The notes under the pieces are model-generated. The model was not told the origin of the DNA and did no database searches. It worked only from the letters and a program-made list of their open reading frames with translations. A stretch of DNA of 64,000 nucleotides, from NCBI GenBank assembly GCA_002633005.1, contig NMRA01000409.1, positions 184,407 to 248,406 on the forward strand, written 5' to 3'. The number at the start of each line of letters is the position of its first letter. Positions within the stretch are counted from its first letter, which is position 1. This stretch comes from Phoronis australis (Eukaryota; Animalia; Phoronida). Shown here piece by piece: positions 48,570 through 61,100 of this stretch. The position numbers were made by a program, and so were the translations under genes.

Positions 48570-49030
48570 CGGCGTCTCGTGGATATGAGGTTGCTCTTGG
48601 ATACACGCTTCGCGGAGATTTCCGACCAGTGCGTGGTCGGCCTAAATACACAATTCGAATATACAATACACAAAAATGCCGTAGCGACGTGTTTCGGAAT
48701 ATATACCAAACGCATTCCATTAAAAATATCCCAGTACGGTTTAAATTCGCTAAAAACCTAATTCAAAGGAAAATCAAAGCGTGAGATGCATACCTACAGA
48801 AATAAATTTGCAAGGGCGTTTTGTAAATTAAACCTACTAAAACTTTCGCGAAAAACTTTTACGTCATTTGACAATAGTTAATAGAGTTTACAGCTGGAAT
48901 AATTAAAAATAAATTAAATTTTTCCAACCAAAACAAGCTAAAAATGCAGAATGCCAGGATAAATTAATCATCCAATATTACAGGTGACACCCAGGTGAAC
49001 TCCCACAATGCACCAAATATGACGTCATTG
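48570..49030. promoter_or_regulatory. Bidirectional promoter with RFX X-box-like sites and a CRE
   Basis: Only 668 nt lie between the divergent ATGs (48469 and 49138). GTTGCTCTTGGATAC is at 48590-48604, with weaker X-box-like sites near 48574 and 48675-48688. TGACGTCA is at 49020-49027. Confidence 0.6.
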
Positions 49031-49137
49031 TAGTTTTTCGAAAAGGAAGGGAACTCTACTTTTTCGGCCTGAAAAACAGGTATAGATTCAGAGACAACTT
49101 GCTGCCATAAGTAACTATTTTCTTATCCGATCAAGCC

Positions 49138-52100
49138 ATGACGGCTATACCAGCGTGGAAGCAATCATTACTCGAGAAACGACGCAGAGCTGATGGAGAT
49201 GAAAAGAGACGGCTTCAATCGCTAAACGAACTCCCGGCGTGGAAGAGAGATCTTATTTTGAAGAAGAAAAACTTTGACCAGTCATCAGAGGTTATCGCAA
49301 ACGGTGTAACTTCCTACCCCTTGTCAAACTCCACAGATAACGGTGTTCATATCAATGGAGATTCGCTAGGCAAAGGTTATTCTTCTCCGAGATCAACCGA
49401 CGATAGTGTGGACGGGGAAATCGTCACCTCTCGCACTTCGTCAAGGGGGAGTTTCTCAGTCGAAGATATGGATCCTGCTAAGGATGGTGACCAGGAAATT
49501 ACCTATCAACCTGGCTTTGTTAACAAGTTGTTGAGCAGGTTCTCAACTATATCTGTTAACAATGATGCAGTGAAACTGAAAAAGGCACCCAGTCTAGAAA
49601 ACTTTGTTATACAAGATTCAAGTAGACCTTCTGGCAATGACAAAGCAGTGTTTAACTCTTTGTCATCCAATTCAAAGACTAAATTCCATAGCATGGATAA
49701 CCTACTAACTGCGGAAGAGAAAAGACTGGAATTCAAGAAGTCACCTCGTGACTTGAGTGATTCTTTTGGAAAAGAAGATAAGATAATTATCATTGAAAAT
49801 AAACCTCCACCTGCGGATCCACGTCGGAATAGTGTTGCATCGAAGAAATTGGATGTGAAAAAACATGAGGATGAAAAAAATGTATCGAATCATTCACCAA
49901 ATAGTGAATCGCACCAACGATCAGATTTTAATTCTGAAATGACTGAAACTGAAATAAGTGTTTCGAGAATGAAAAGTTTATTTGAAAAGGACAACAAACC
50001 TGCTACTAATAACATACCAAAGAAAAGGCTCGCTCCCAAACCACCACCAGATGTCAGTCGCGACACATCGGTTTCTGTCAGTGGTAAATTAGCTAGCAAC
50101 TCTTCTGTGATAAATTCTGTCTCACGATCGTCAGCTCATACCAACAAAAACACTACGGGTGTTGAGTCTTCCACTCTGTCTAAGTCAGCCTACCAGTTGC
50201 CTAGAAAAACCAACAACACCAAAGTTTCTAGTCTTGAGTCAACTTCGGAACCTGTTCCTAAACCTATTGCCATGTCTGATTCTTCTCAGTCAGAATTGAA
50301 GTCTCAAACCAACCATGTTAAGAACTTACCATCTTATTTAGAACGAAAGAGTGTGAGACCCATCTCTGTTATTAACAAAATTAACCAAGAAGAGTGTGCA
50401 GACATATTGTATGGTGCTGGTGGGTCGGCGGATGACAGAAGGGTTACAATATCAGAAGCTGGGTTAGCCAGCATTCGACGTGCCGGAAAGTCATGGTTTT
50501 TCACGACGTCAGCAAACCATGCTCCCTCCGGTTCGACTTTGGTGAAAATGAAAGTTAAACGTCTTTCACGATCTCTTCCCAAACGAGAGAAAACGGCTGC
50601 TAATTATCAGCGAAAAGAAAACCTACATGCACAAAATCTTAACAAGACGACAACTACTAGAAACATTGCAGACAATGAGCCAAAAGGTTTGGCTCATGTC
50701 GCTTCTGGTGTGCATCCGGTGGCTCCCTCTAGGAAAAGACACGCCCCTCAGCCTCCGAAACACATTTCTGTGGTCAGCCAAGAGTTGAGTGGTGGCTCAG
50801 CATCTAGTTCTAATGATGTTTTGATGTCCCAACCAGTAAAGTCATCATTGTCAAAAAGGACAGGCAAGAAGGTAAGCTGCTTAAATGTTGTTCTTGAATT
50901 TAAAGAAATTCAGTTTCAAAGAGTTATGAGCAAAAAGTGGGCTCTGTGTTTTGCCTTGAGTTTTTTGCTTTAAGTGTTCAGTTTATGTATTCTTCCCCCT
51001 GTGATTGGTTATTGGTGACGTGATGCGTTTAAGCCTGGCAGTTCTCTTAACTAACCACAGGGGAGACCTCTGCTGAATTTTTTAGGTCAACATCATACCC
51101 ACGTGGCTGGCGAACTCCTACCGTAACCTGGGGATAAGGAGAAAGTATTTGGCTAATAATTTTTGAAAATGGCTGAAAGTTTTCAGATGCTTTAGCCATT
51201 TTGGGTAATACCTTTACAGGTTAGCAGGAGCCTAGCATGCAGTGGTGCCTTGAGAATTTCTGAGGGTGTATTGTTCATTTCTACAAGCAATTGCATAAGC
51301 AGCTCTAAATTGGCCTGCAGTTTCAGACTCTGAATGAGCAAATTGGCCACTACACCAAGACTGGTCAACAGAAGGTTATTTCTTAGTCCTAATTTTGCAT
51401 AGAAACAAGTGTCATTTGTGTCTTAACTGTTTTGAAGTTCTTTGATTTGGGTTGTTGTTTGCAAAGCACTTTAACAATGTCATTGACAAAGTTGGAATCT
51501 TTTAAAGCCCCTTGCAGCTTTTTGAAAACTTGTTGCACTTAAGCATTTAGATAAATATAGGACGTGGATGATTTTTATGCCGAATTTAAAGTTGTATTTT
51601 GAATTGAAAATTTAATAATATTTTAGAAAACTGTAACAGTATTTTTGAGTTTTTATTGCCAGGAAACTTTTAAATTGATCAAAATTTGATTTTGTTGTTT
51701 TGCTATCATCGTGCCTTTATTTTTGCTTGACTTTACTAAAAAATTGATTAATGACCAAGTGAACTGATTTTAAAAAGTGAAATCTACGGACTACTCTTGA
51801 AAAATCCATGAAAATCCACCTCGATGAGCGATCTAGACTTTAGAGAGAGTGTACATACAAATCCTGACTTATGAGGGAGGCATTTTGTGGATGACAGTCG
51901 TAAAACATGGACTGCTCTCATGTTGGAATAATTTCTACATGCAGGTGTGCTTGGTAAATTGATTTCTCATGAAGGGTTTCATTATGCTGGCATTTCATAA
52001 GTACATAGGGGTGGTCACCCATGAAGAAGAGAGAAGGGTATGATTGTGATAACAGCAGATATGCCTCAGACTCATCCTATAACTTATGTCATTCAAAATT

Positions 52101-55100
52101 GCTCATTGAGCTGTAGATGCCTTCTTCTTAAACCTTATGGAGGTACCCAAGATAAATGTCAGATGTCACCAACTTCAAAACATCCAAGCAATGGCTGGTC
52201 ATATTATGAAACTTTAAAGCTACTGTTCAAAATGCTGTTAGGAATTAGGTGCTCCACCGATTATATTAAAACTTAAAAAGTTGGGAAAAAAAAGGATGGT
52301 AATCCCAAGAAGGGGTGGGGGTCAACTGAGTAGCTGCTTAAAAGTGGACTGAATTGAAAGTTAGTCTTTGACAGAACCTTTGAATATATACAAAAGTTTT
52401 CAAAATAAAGTTGGCTCCATAAAACCGCGACTAAATATCTATTTATTTTCATTAAGAACTCGTCTCAATTCAGGCTAAATCTTGGCAAAACTTGGATAAG
52501 TGCAGCTCAAATACTCAATTTCTTAAAGCGAAAGTGCAACAATGGTATATAACCTCTACACAGCACTGACTGACATTGAACTCATCAGTAATATCCCCAC
52601 CTTGTGATTGTCACTAAAGGCCTCATGAGTTCCACCCAGTTTTACATCACACTGTTGTTTATTGTCATGCTTAGTAGGGTTGACCACAATCAGATGGAGC
52701 TCATTCACAACACAGGGAAAGCCTGCATGACTCATGTACATGTCACTGTCATAATTGAAGTCTTCCCAACATAGACTTACTAGTAAAATCTCACCAATGC
52801 AGAGAACACAGTAGGGCCCATAAGTGAAGTTTTATTTCTACAGTAACACCAATTTAATGCTCTACCGTGTTTAAAGATCTCTATCATAGCTACCATCTGA
52901 CAATGATTCTGAGAAATTGTGGGCTTTCGAACAACAATTTAGATGCTTTTGAAGAATGATAAAATACAAATTTTTGGCTATTGATTTTGTCTGAAATCAG
53001 TGGAATGTCTGATGGAACAAGGAAGACTTGGTAATATCCTCAGAGGGGAATGCTTAATGAATTCCTTGTCCTAGCTTACTAGTAAAATTGAAGTTGAGTA
53101 TCACATAGTATTCTATTGTGAGTTGTGGTCTCATTGTTATTAGTTTGTAATTCCTCCACTTACATTACCTTTTGACATTTTATAATCATAAATGTTCTTC
53201 TATTGATGCATCCCTGGGCATGCTCCAATTTCAGGACTATGGATTGTTGATACATATTTCAAGGTACCTAAACTACACAGTCAACGGACTCATAAACATG
53301 GGCACGGACGCATGAACACGACTCACGGACCTGCAAACACCGTCCACTGACTCACAAACATGGGAACGGACTCACAAAACACGATCCACGCACCCATATA
53401 CATGGGACATGGACTCATATTCACGTGGAAACACGGTTAACGGACCGCCAAACACGGGTCACGGACTCATCGACTTCCTGGGTCAGCTGACATCTTCATT
53501 TTGTCCGTGACCCGTGTTTGGCGGTCCGTGACCCGTGTTTGGCGGTCGGTTAACCGTGTTTCCTCATGAATATGAGTCTGTGTCCCGTGTATTTGAGTGC
53601 GTGGATCGTGTTTGGTGAATCCGTTCCCGTGTTTGTGAGGCTGTGGACGGTGTTTGCAGGTCCGTGAGTCGTGTTTATGAGTCCGTTGACCTTGTAGCTT
53701 AGGTACCTTGTATTTGGTAGAAGTCATGCCAACAATACAACTTCCTTAATCTTTATATTCTTAAAAAGTTTTTGACAGTTTTCTTCCCTATGATGTTCTA
53801 ACCTTATCATTTTTACCTACATTCTTAGATACTCTGTTTAAGACAAATGGTTGTAAGGCATCTTTGATAATTGTCAGTGTGTTAGGGTGGTGTATCGGCC
53901 TGTGTTAAAGAATCTTCTGAAAGTGGAGTTGGGAATCTGGTCTGGGGGGAGCGAAAGTCCAAAACTTCTAGATGACATGGAGGGGTGGGTTCTGCCAAAG
54001 GCATGGTATAATTTACCTTGTCATTTTCGGTTGCAAATGAAGGCATTTATAAATGCCTGAAATTGCTCTTGTTTACTTTGAAGTATTTAGTTCAGGGATT
54101 GTATTAAGGTTGTTTAGGACCCTACAAAAATGTACGAATTTAGCTAACTTCGGAACATCATATCTCGGAAATAGCTGATTGGATTCACACGAAAGTCACA
54201 TTCTATGTTCTATGGAGTATTATACAATGTATACTAATTGTTTTAATAACATTCTACTCTTACATCAAAAACATATGTAACTTTTTGGATTTTTTTTTGA
54301 AAAAATCAGCAGATTCCTAAAAAAAACCTAACTATATTTTAGAAAACCGTATCGTTTAAATGTTGAAAATGAAATTTTGCGGTATTATTGATACTGTTGT
54401 TTTGCTATTAATGTCCCTCACATGACCAAACTAATGACACACTGGTGTGATGATTAAGTCAAAGCCTATTTTCACAGGATTAATTTCTATAGTTTAGTTG
54501 GTACTTGACTAAATGCAAAGACTTGTCAATAAGCTCCTTCCTAACCTTAAATACTTCTGTTTTATCAGTTGGACTAGTTCTGCCAATTTCAAATGCACTG
54601 TTCACCTTGGGGTGCAGAAAATACACGTATACGGGAATGTGGCGCAAAATTTCATTAATTTTCAGCTTAGGAAAAACAAGTTGTAAATTGTTTTTAATGT
54701 CAACTGGTTCATTTTGTGTCATAATTGTTTACACTTATTTCCTCATTAAAAAGACTATAAGTCCCTGCTTCTAATTTTAAGGAAATCTCAATTACCGTGT
54801 TATACAGGGCACATTATGAACACATAACGACCAGTTGTCATTAGTCATTAGCAATAACTGCTTTATGTAAGAGCTTTCTCAGTTTTGAGATGTTTCCTTG
54901 GCGTGACAAACTTTACATTCGCTGTTACCGTAGCAACATAGCGTACAGTATTCCTGTGTCCGATTCTCAGGGTATGTTCAGCGATGAGCAAGTTATCGTC
55001 ATGTAATATTTACACCATGATCAGCCCCTGTCGGGAATTGACTATGGATTGTGGTGACACCGATGTGGTTTCAGAGTCTGATGAGAAGTTACCCTGTTCA

Positions 55101-58100
55101 ATCCCTGAGGTCTGTGAATGAACTCAGCTACAGAACTCTGCAGTGTTGCTCATAGTTGTGTGGGAAAGTCATTTTTTTCTCATTTCCTAAAGAGGAAGGC
55201 AAGCCGGTTGTCATAGTTTTCAATTGTTTTTTTTTTTCTGAAATTAAATAACCGTGCTCATTACCCGGTGGTACTGAGCTGAATACCTTGAACAAAAGAT
55301 CATGCGAAACAAAAAGTACTCCGTGTCTGAATAGATGCCATGAGAACTGAAAGTGGGGCTGATTCATGTCCATTGTTTCCTTTTGAAATTCAATCGGCTA
55401 TTGCATGAGAAACGTGTTGGTTTTGGTTTGAACTCCTGATTCAGAGGAAGTAGAGGTAAAGGCCCGCAGGTTCAAATGTTACCGTAGCTTTTATGCTGCA
55501 GATACTGGTAAATGTTCGATGTTTAGAAAGACCACGCATGCTGTTATAGATCACACGACACACGGGTGGGTATGTAATAACACACGGTCAGATCTCACCA
55601 ATTTCCGACTAAAATAATTGCCATATTTGATTTTGTTTTCATTATTGATAGGCTTTTGTAGTTATGAATGCCCACAAGTTCTCAGAATCATTGTCTAATG
55701 GTAGTTGTAGTGTAGATCCTTAGGAATGTTTTTGTACAATTTTGCTCTTCTTAGCTTATAGAAATGAAATGATAAAAATATCGCTGTTCTGCCGTGTTGT
55801 GTCCTGAATGGGTCATAGTTTACCGTATCCATTTTTGCCAAACCTCCCGAGTTGTGCGGGAAGACTGCTGTATCACCGTTTTTAGCAAAGTATTTTCCTC
55901 CTGTTCCTCTTTCAAACCATTGTAATGTACGGATTTTTTTAATAATATCTGCATTTTAAAAACTTTTGTTGCAATGGTTACACACCGCGTACTCATTTCG
56001 ACAACATGGCTTTCCCTCTTTAGCAAGTTGTTTCGGACTGGTGGCACTAGGTTAAACATTGAAAATCTCTACATGAAGGATAGGTAAAGGGAATTGACTA
56101 GATACAATAGGCTAGTGATCTGGAACAAAATCCTGTTTAAGAGTGACTTTTTGTGAAACCTTCCTACAAACGCATCACTTTTTTCGAGTGGGTGTGTATG
56201 CCGCAACTGCAGATTTCTCCCTGATCTAAAATATGCCCGACAACCCTGGCAGGAGGTCATCGTCACTGGCTGATTCAAACGTCTTATCTGATAAAAACTG
56301 GCATGTGAACTCTGTCAACTAGTTCCTTGTTAGCTGCTTGCTTGCTGGTGCTTTAAAGAGTAATTTGGTGATAGCAGTGAACATATTCCAGTTTGAGACA
56401 GTGAGATATGAATTATTATGCTCAGGGCCGGAACAGGTGCAAAATTTCATTACGTAAACCTATTTATCTAAGCAATGTTGATCGTCTCAAATTCAAGGAT
56501 TACGATGTAGTACAACCGATCATTCACCTTCATGGTAAACCCTACTAGGTCTCATGAAAATGCTGTAGCGGTGCCTAATCTCGACCATTCTTTCACCTGC
56601 CAAGTCTATTGTCTGTCTCTGTTCACCCAAAATTGGAGTCCAACGTTTGAGAAATGCGATGAACAACTAATCGCCCATGTCACAATCTTCAGAATCAATA
56701 AAATTCGATCTTGTTTTGAATTTCTTTGGTCCAAATTTTAGAGACTGTCCGAAACTGGAGAATTTTTACATAAATTTGATTATACCTGTAGCTACAGTGT
56801 CAGAAAAAAAGTTACAAAATCACTGTTTTCCTGTCTTGATGACTAATTGTGTTTACAACAAAATCACTGGTTATAACTATTGCGTGGCAAAATTCTAATT
56901 ACAGAATGGCTTACCACCTTACTAACTGTTAATTACCCTGATGAGTGAAGGCTAATTGTGTCGCTTCTGCGAAACCGTCATGACAGGGAATTCCGCGCTT
57001 TTTTGTCTGAATACTTTTTTGGCTTATACTTTAGCTGGCAACTTTTAGAACAGGGAATGGTTTTTTTTTTGGTCTGGAGACCCTTTCATACTAACTTAAC
57101 TCTGGTATGGCAGAGTGTCGATGTAAACTTGAATTGTTCATGCCAGCTTCGCTAGTTAACAGCATTGAGGTAACCGGTAGACGACACTGTCATCAATGAA
57201 GTAATCGAATTGATATTAAACTTATTTGTAATTTGATTGGTGATTATTTGAGCAAAATACATGCAGCTATTAGCAACGACACTGCCCTTTAATTGTTGAC
57301 GATAGCAGTGGCCTCTGGTGATAACTTTGATGAGACCAAAGTTGACCATTCATACTGCACCGCAGCATTGATGCTCTGCAGTCAAGTCCACCTGTTGCTG
57401 TTAACCCAGGACCAAAGTTGACAGTTCAAACTGACCGCAACTCCCCAAAACATGGAGGCTTCCATGTTAGTATGAAATGGCCTCCAGTCATTCCTTGTCC
57501 AAGGCTGTTCAGTGATTTACTGCTTTCAAATAACCATGCCCCCCATTGAGTTTGATATTGCAATACAAATGACTCAGACCTCTGTTGCCTTTTGACTGAT
57601 GCTCACAGTACTACATGTACACAGCCACTATATACATCTTGTGCCAATGACCCTATCTCCTGTGGTGTTTGTACACCTTGGTACTGCATGGGAGTTTAGC
57701 TGTTTCTTTTGTTCCATAGTTCTGGTTGAAATTTTGAAGTGAAATGCCTAGAGAACAGATGCAAAGTTTTCTGGGTTACACTACTGCGTGGTGTGTGAGT
57801 TTTTTCATCATCCTGGAATGAGCATTTATTCTGTTTTTACGGAAGCCCCAAAGCACCTAATTTGCATGTCAGAACACCCTCTTTTGGAATGTTTGTGCTT
57901 ACAAAGCAACATACTGTAAAAGGAAAAGGTTGTATTCATCTGACTTTGTAAAAGGAGTGGGGCAAACGTTTGGAAACCAGACAAAATCACTTAATCTTTT
58001 GAAAATTAGCCGAAAATATTAGCTTCAAAATTTCAAACATTGTGACCGAGAACAAAATAATGACTTTTTTGACAACATTTGTACCTGTTGGTAACTAAGA

Positions 58101-61100
58101 AATTGGTTTATATATCATTTACCATGAAAGGTTAATTATACTTAGTTCATTTTAAGCAAAATTAATTGCCTGGCAATACCAAGACTGGAAATCTATCAGT
58201 GCCACTTATGTAGTGGGCTTTTACCAATGTTTGTGTTTTTGACATGGAAACTTGTAGAGGATGGATAGATTGTTGCTTGAGGTATATAGCCACTAATTGT
58301 AACTCAGGAGTTTTCAAAGCAGTGATATTTCTTATTGAAAATCACAAAAATTGCCAGCTAGTTTTCAAGGGATTTTCCGAAGTGATCTTTTGTTCATGAT
58401 TCATTTCTGTGGGTTTGCCATAAATTCGCCGAATTAGTGGTAGACAACTAAAGTTTTGTTTCTTTCACGCCGTCGTTTTAATGTACAATATAGATCTGGT
58501 AAAAGTAATTGGGACGAAATGTCCTAGAATTGCCCCTGCTAATGATTTTAAGTTCTGTAAAAATGAAGGGTATTTTAGCATCACAATTCTCATTACTTTA
58601 TGGATTAGCGCCCCGTCATTCTTTGTCATGAGGAAAGACGTCATTATGAATTCAGCCTCTACCCAGGCGTCGTTAGAAAGAATTCTGGTTATTTTCTAGC
58701 ACGTTTTGTGAAATCATTTGGCCCTCACTCCAATGTTCGATGCTTTTGAATATGAATTTTGGCATATAATTTTTTGTCCGAAATCGGCGGCATTTATCTT
58801 CATGTGCTTGGCCTGTGAAAGGTTTATCAAATCTACACGAAGCTCTCGTGTTTTTTATGGAAATAGCAGAGAAATTCCGGGTATTTTTGCTGATAGCATT
58901 TGGAGGAAATCCACAGCCTACTCAAGGCATTGGTGAGCATTATTTCTTTATTGATCTGACTGTTTAAACAGCAGGTGAATTGTAAGCTGGTATAAAATGG
59001 GGCCATTTTTTAAACGTCGCGTGCGCGGTAGAGGCTAGTCGGCTATGGTTCTAGTTTTACACAATTGAATGTCCTAGCAAAAATTAATTTCTGAAAAACT
59101 GGGGCACATTTTACCTGTGCTGGTTATTTCCTACCTGCTGCCAAAAGGTCTTTTAATCTATGCTTCGTTAGCTTTTCATTATGTGCTAAGTAAATATGGA
59201 TATCAGGCTCTAAGAACTCATTCTTTAACCATGCACAAAAGAATGTCTGCAAACCAACCTAGACTCTGTTACTGGCTAAATAGAATAATAATCATTTATT
59301 GAACAACTGTGCCATTAAATAATGTGTGCCTGACATTGTGTATTACCTCAGTGACAAAACCACCAAATATAGCCTCAGCACCAATTAGCATTTTAAATGG
59401 AAGTTTCAGGTCATTATTAGCAGTACAAGCTTTTCAACCTGGTGTTGAACTGCCAGCAAAAGTCAGATAAGTCCCCAGGCAAACAGGTTTACCTATTTTG
59501 AGATTAATTCATGAGGCCAATAAATCTTCAGTGTTGTTCTTTGTGTGTTAATACCTTATCAGTGGGTGTTTTCAGTCAATGTTGAAAATGAGTTTTGTAA
59601 ACGGAATCAAAGATATTGTTGAGCAATTTTTTTTGTCAATGTTTTGAAACGCATTAGAATTTCATGTATTTGCTTTTTGATGCGTGATTTTTTGTAATTT
59701 GTAAAATGTAGTTTTGGTTTGTGGAAGGTTTTGCTGTATACTGCCGTTTGGATATTTGACTTCATTAAAAAAACTTCTAAAAGTATCACGCTGAACTTCT
59801 CAAAACACGTCTTCACAATATTTTGACTTGCCTTTTATTTGATTTAAAAGTTGTCAAAGCAACGTTTTTGTTAAAATTGATTCGTGTAAAAATGTAATAT
59901 TTCTTAAAATAGCAAAATGGCAAATTTTAGCAATTATTTCTTTAGTGTGAAATTCGTCTACTGTGAAACATACGTGACACGGCTACATTTCATAGACTCA
60001 AGAAATCCACAAACACACAAGATCACGCAAGTCATCTCGAGATATCACCACACATTATAAGAAGAGCGTGTAACTATTTTTAGGCATATTGTGTTCTACC
60101 TTGTGGCGCTAGTTGAGAATTACACACTCAGATGGTAATCCTGATCTTTTATAAGGTTGTTTTACATTATAAATGGTTCTCATGAGAAGTGTGTTGTTTA
60201 TTAGAAAAGGACAATGTTCAGATGATGACTCATTACTGGTTGGGGTCAGAGGTTATGCACTGGTTTAAGCTTATGCTAATTACGCAAAGGTCGATAGACA
60301 GGCGAAGGTTATCTGAGGGCTAAGCTTACTAGGGGGCGTTCACAGTGGCAGTATTTGTGAAGACTCGCGTTTTGCGAAATCTGTGTTTATGCAATGGATA
60401 TTGGGTGTTTGCAACGAGGTATCCCTGGCACCTTTTGAGACCACTCTCCCATCGTCTCAATTTCAAGGTTAACCTGTTAAACTGGTGAACCATTTAATTG
60501 CTCACATTAGCCCGACAATCTGTCATTCTCCATGTAACAAATGTAAAAAGAATATTTTATGTGACATTGAAAATCATATAACCTTGTGATTTCTTTAGAA
60601 TATTGAATGCCTTTCGCAGAATCTCCCTGGAGGACTCTGAAATATTCATAGTGGCAGCTTTCAGTTGCACGGCACTGACTTATTTCTGGGGAACCTTAAC
60701 AAAAATCACCTTTCCTTGAAAGAGCTCTGTTAGGCAGAAGCGTCACCATTCCCCGTAGAGGTTCAGTTGGGTACGAGGGGAGTTGGAAGGGATATTGGTA
60801 GCCATTCAACTTTTCTGAATTAGTTGAAAAATATTTGTCACATTTTTTCACCCAAAATATTTACCTCACAGATTAAATTCATATCAAAACATTAAATGCA
60901 GTCAAGCGTGAACTGATCATGTATACAGATTTTGACCGTACAATTTTGTTTTGCTTTCTCCGCATTTTTTCAATGTTTGGAAGAAGTACTCTCATAAAAT
61001 AAGGTTACCGGTGATTGTGAAACTTGTTTATTGTTTACTTTAAATGAATCTGTTTGGCTGAAACATTCAGTTTCCCATGCTTGTTTTATTACCATTTGGC

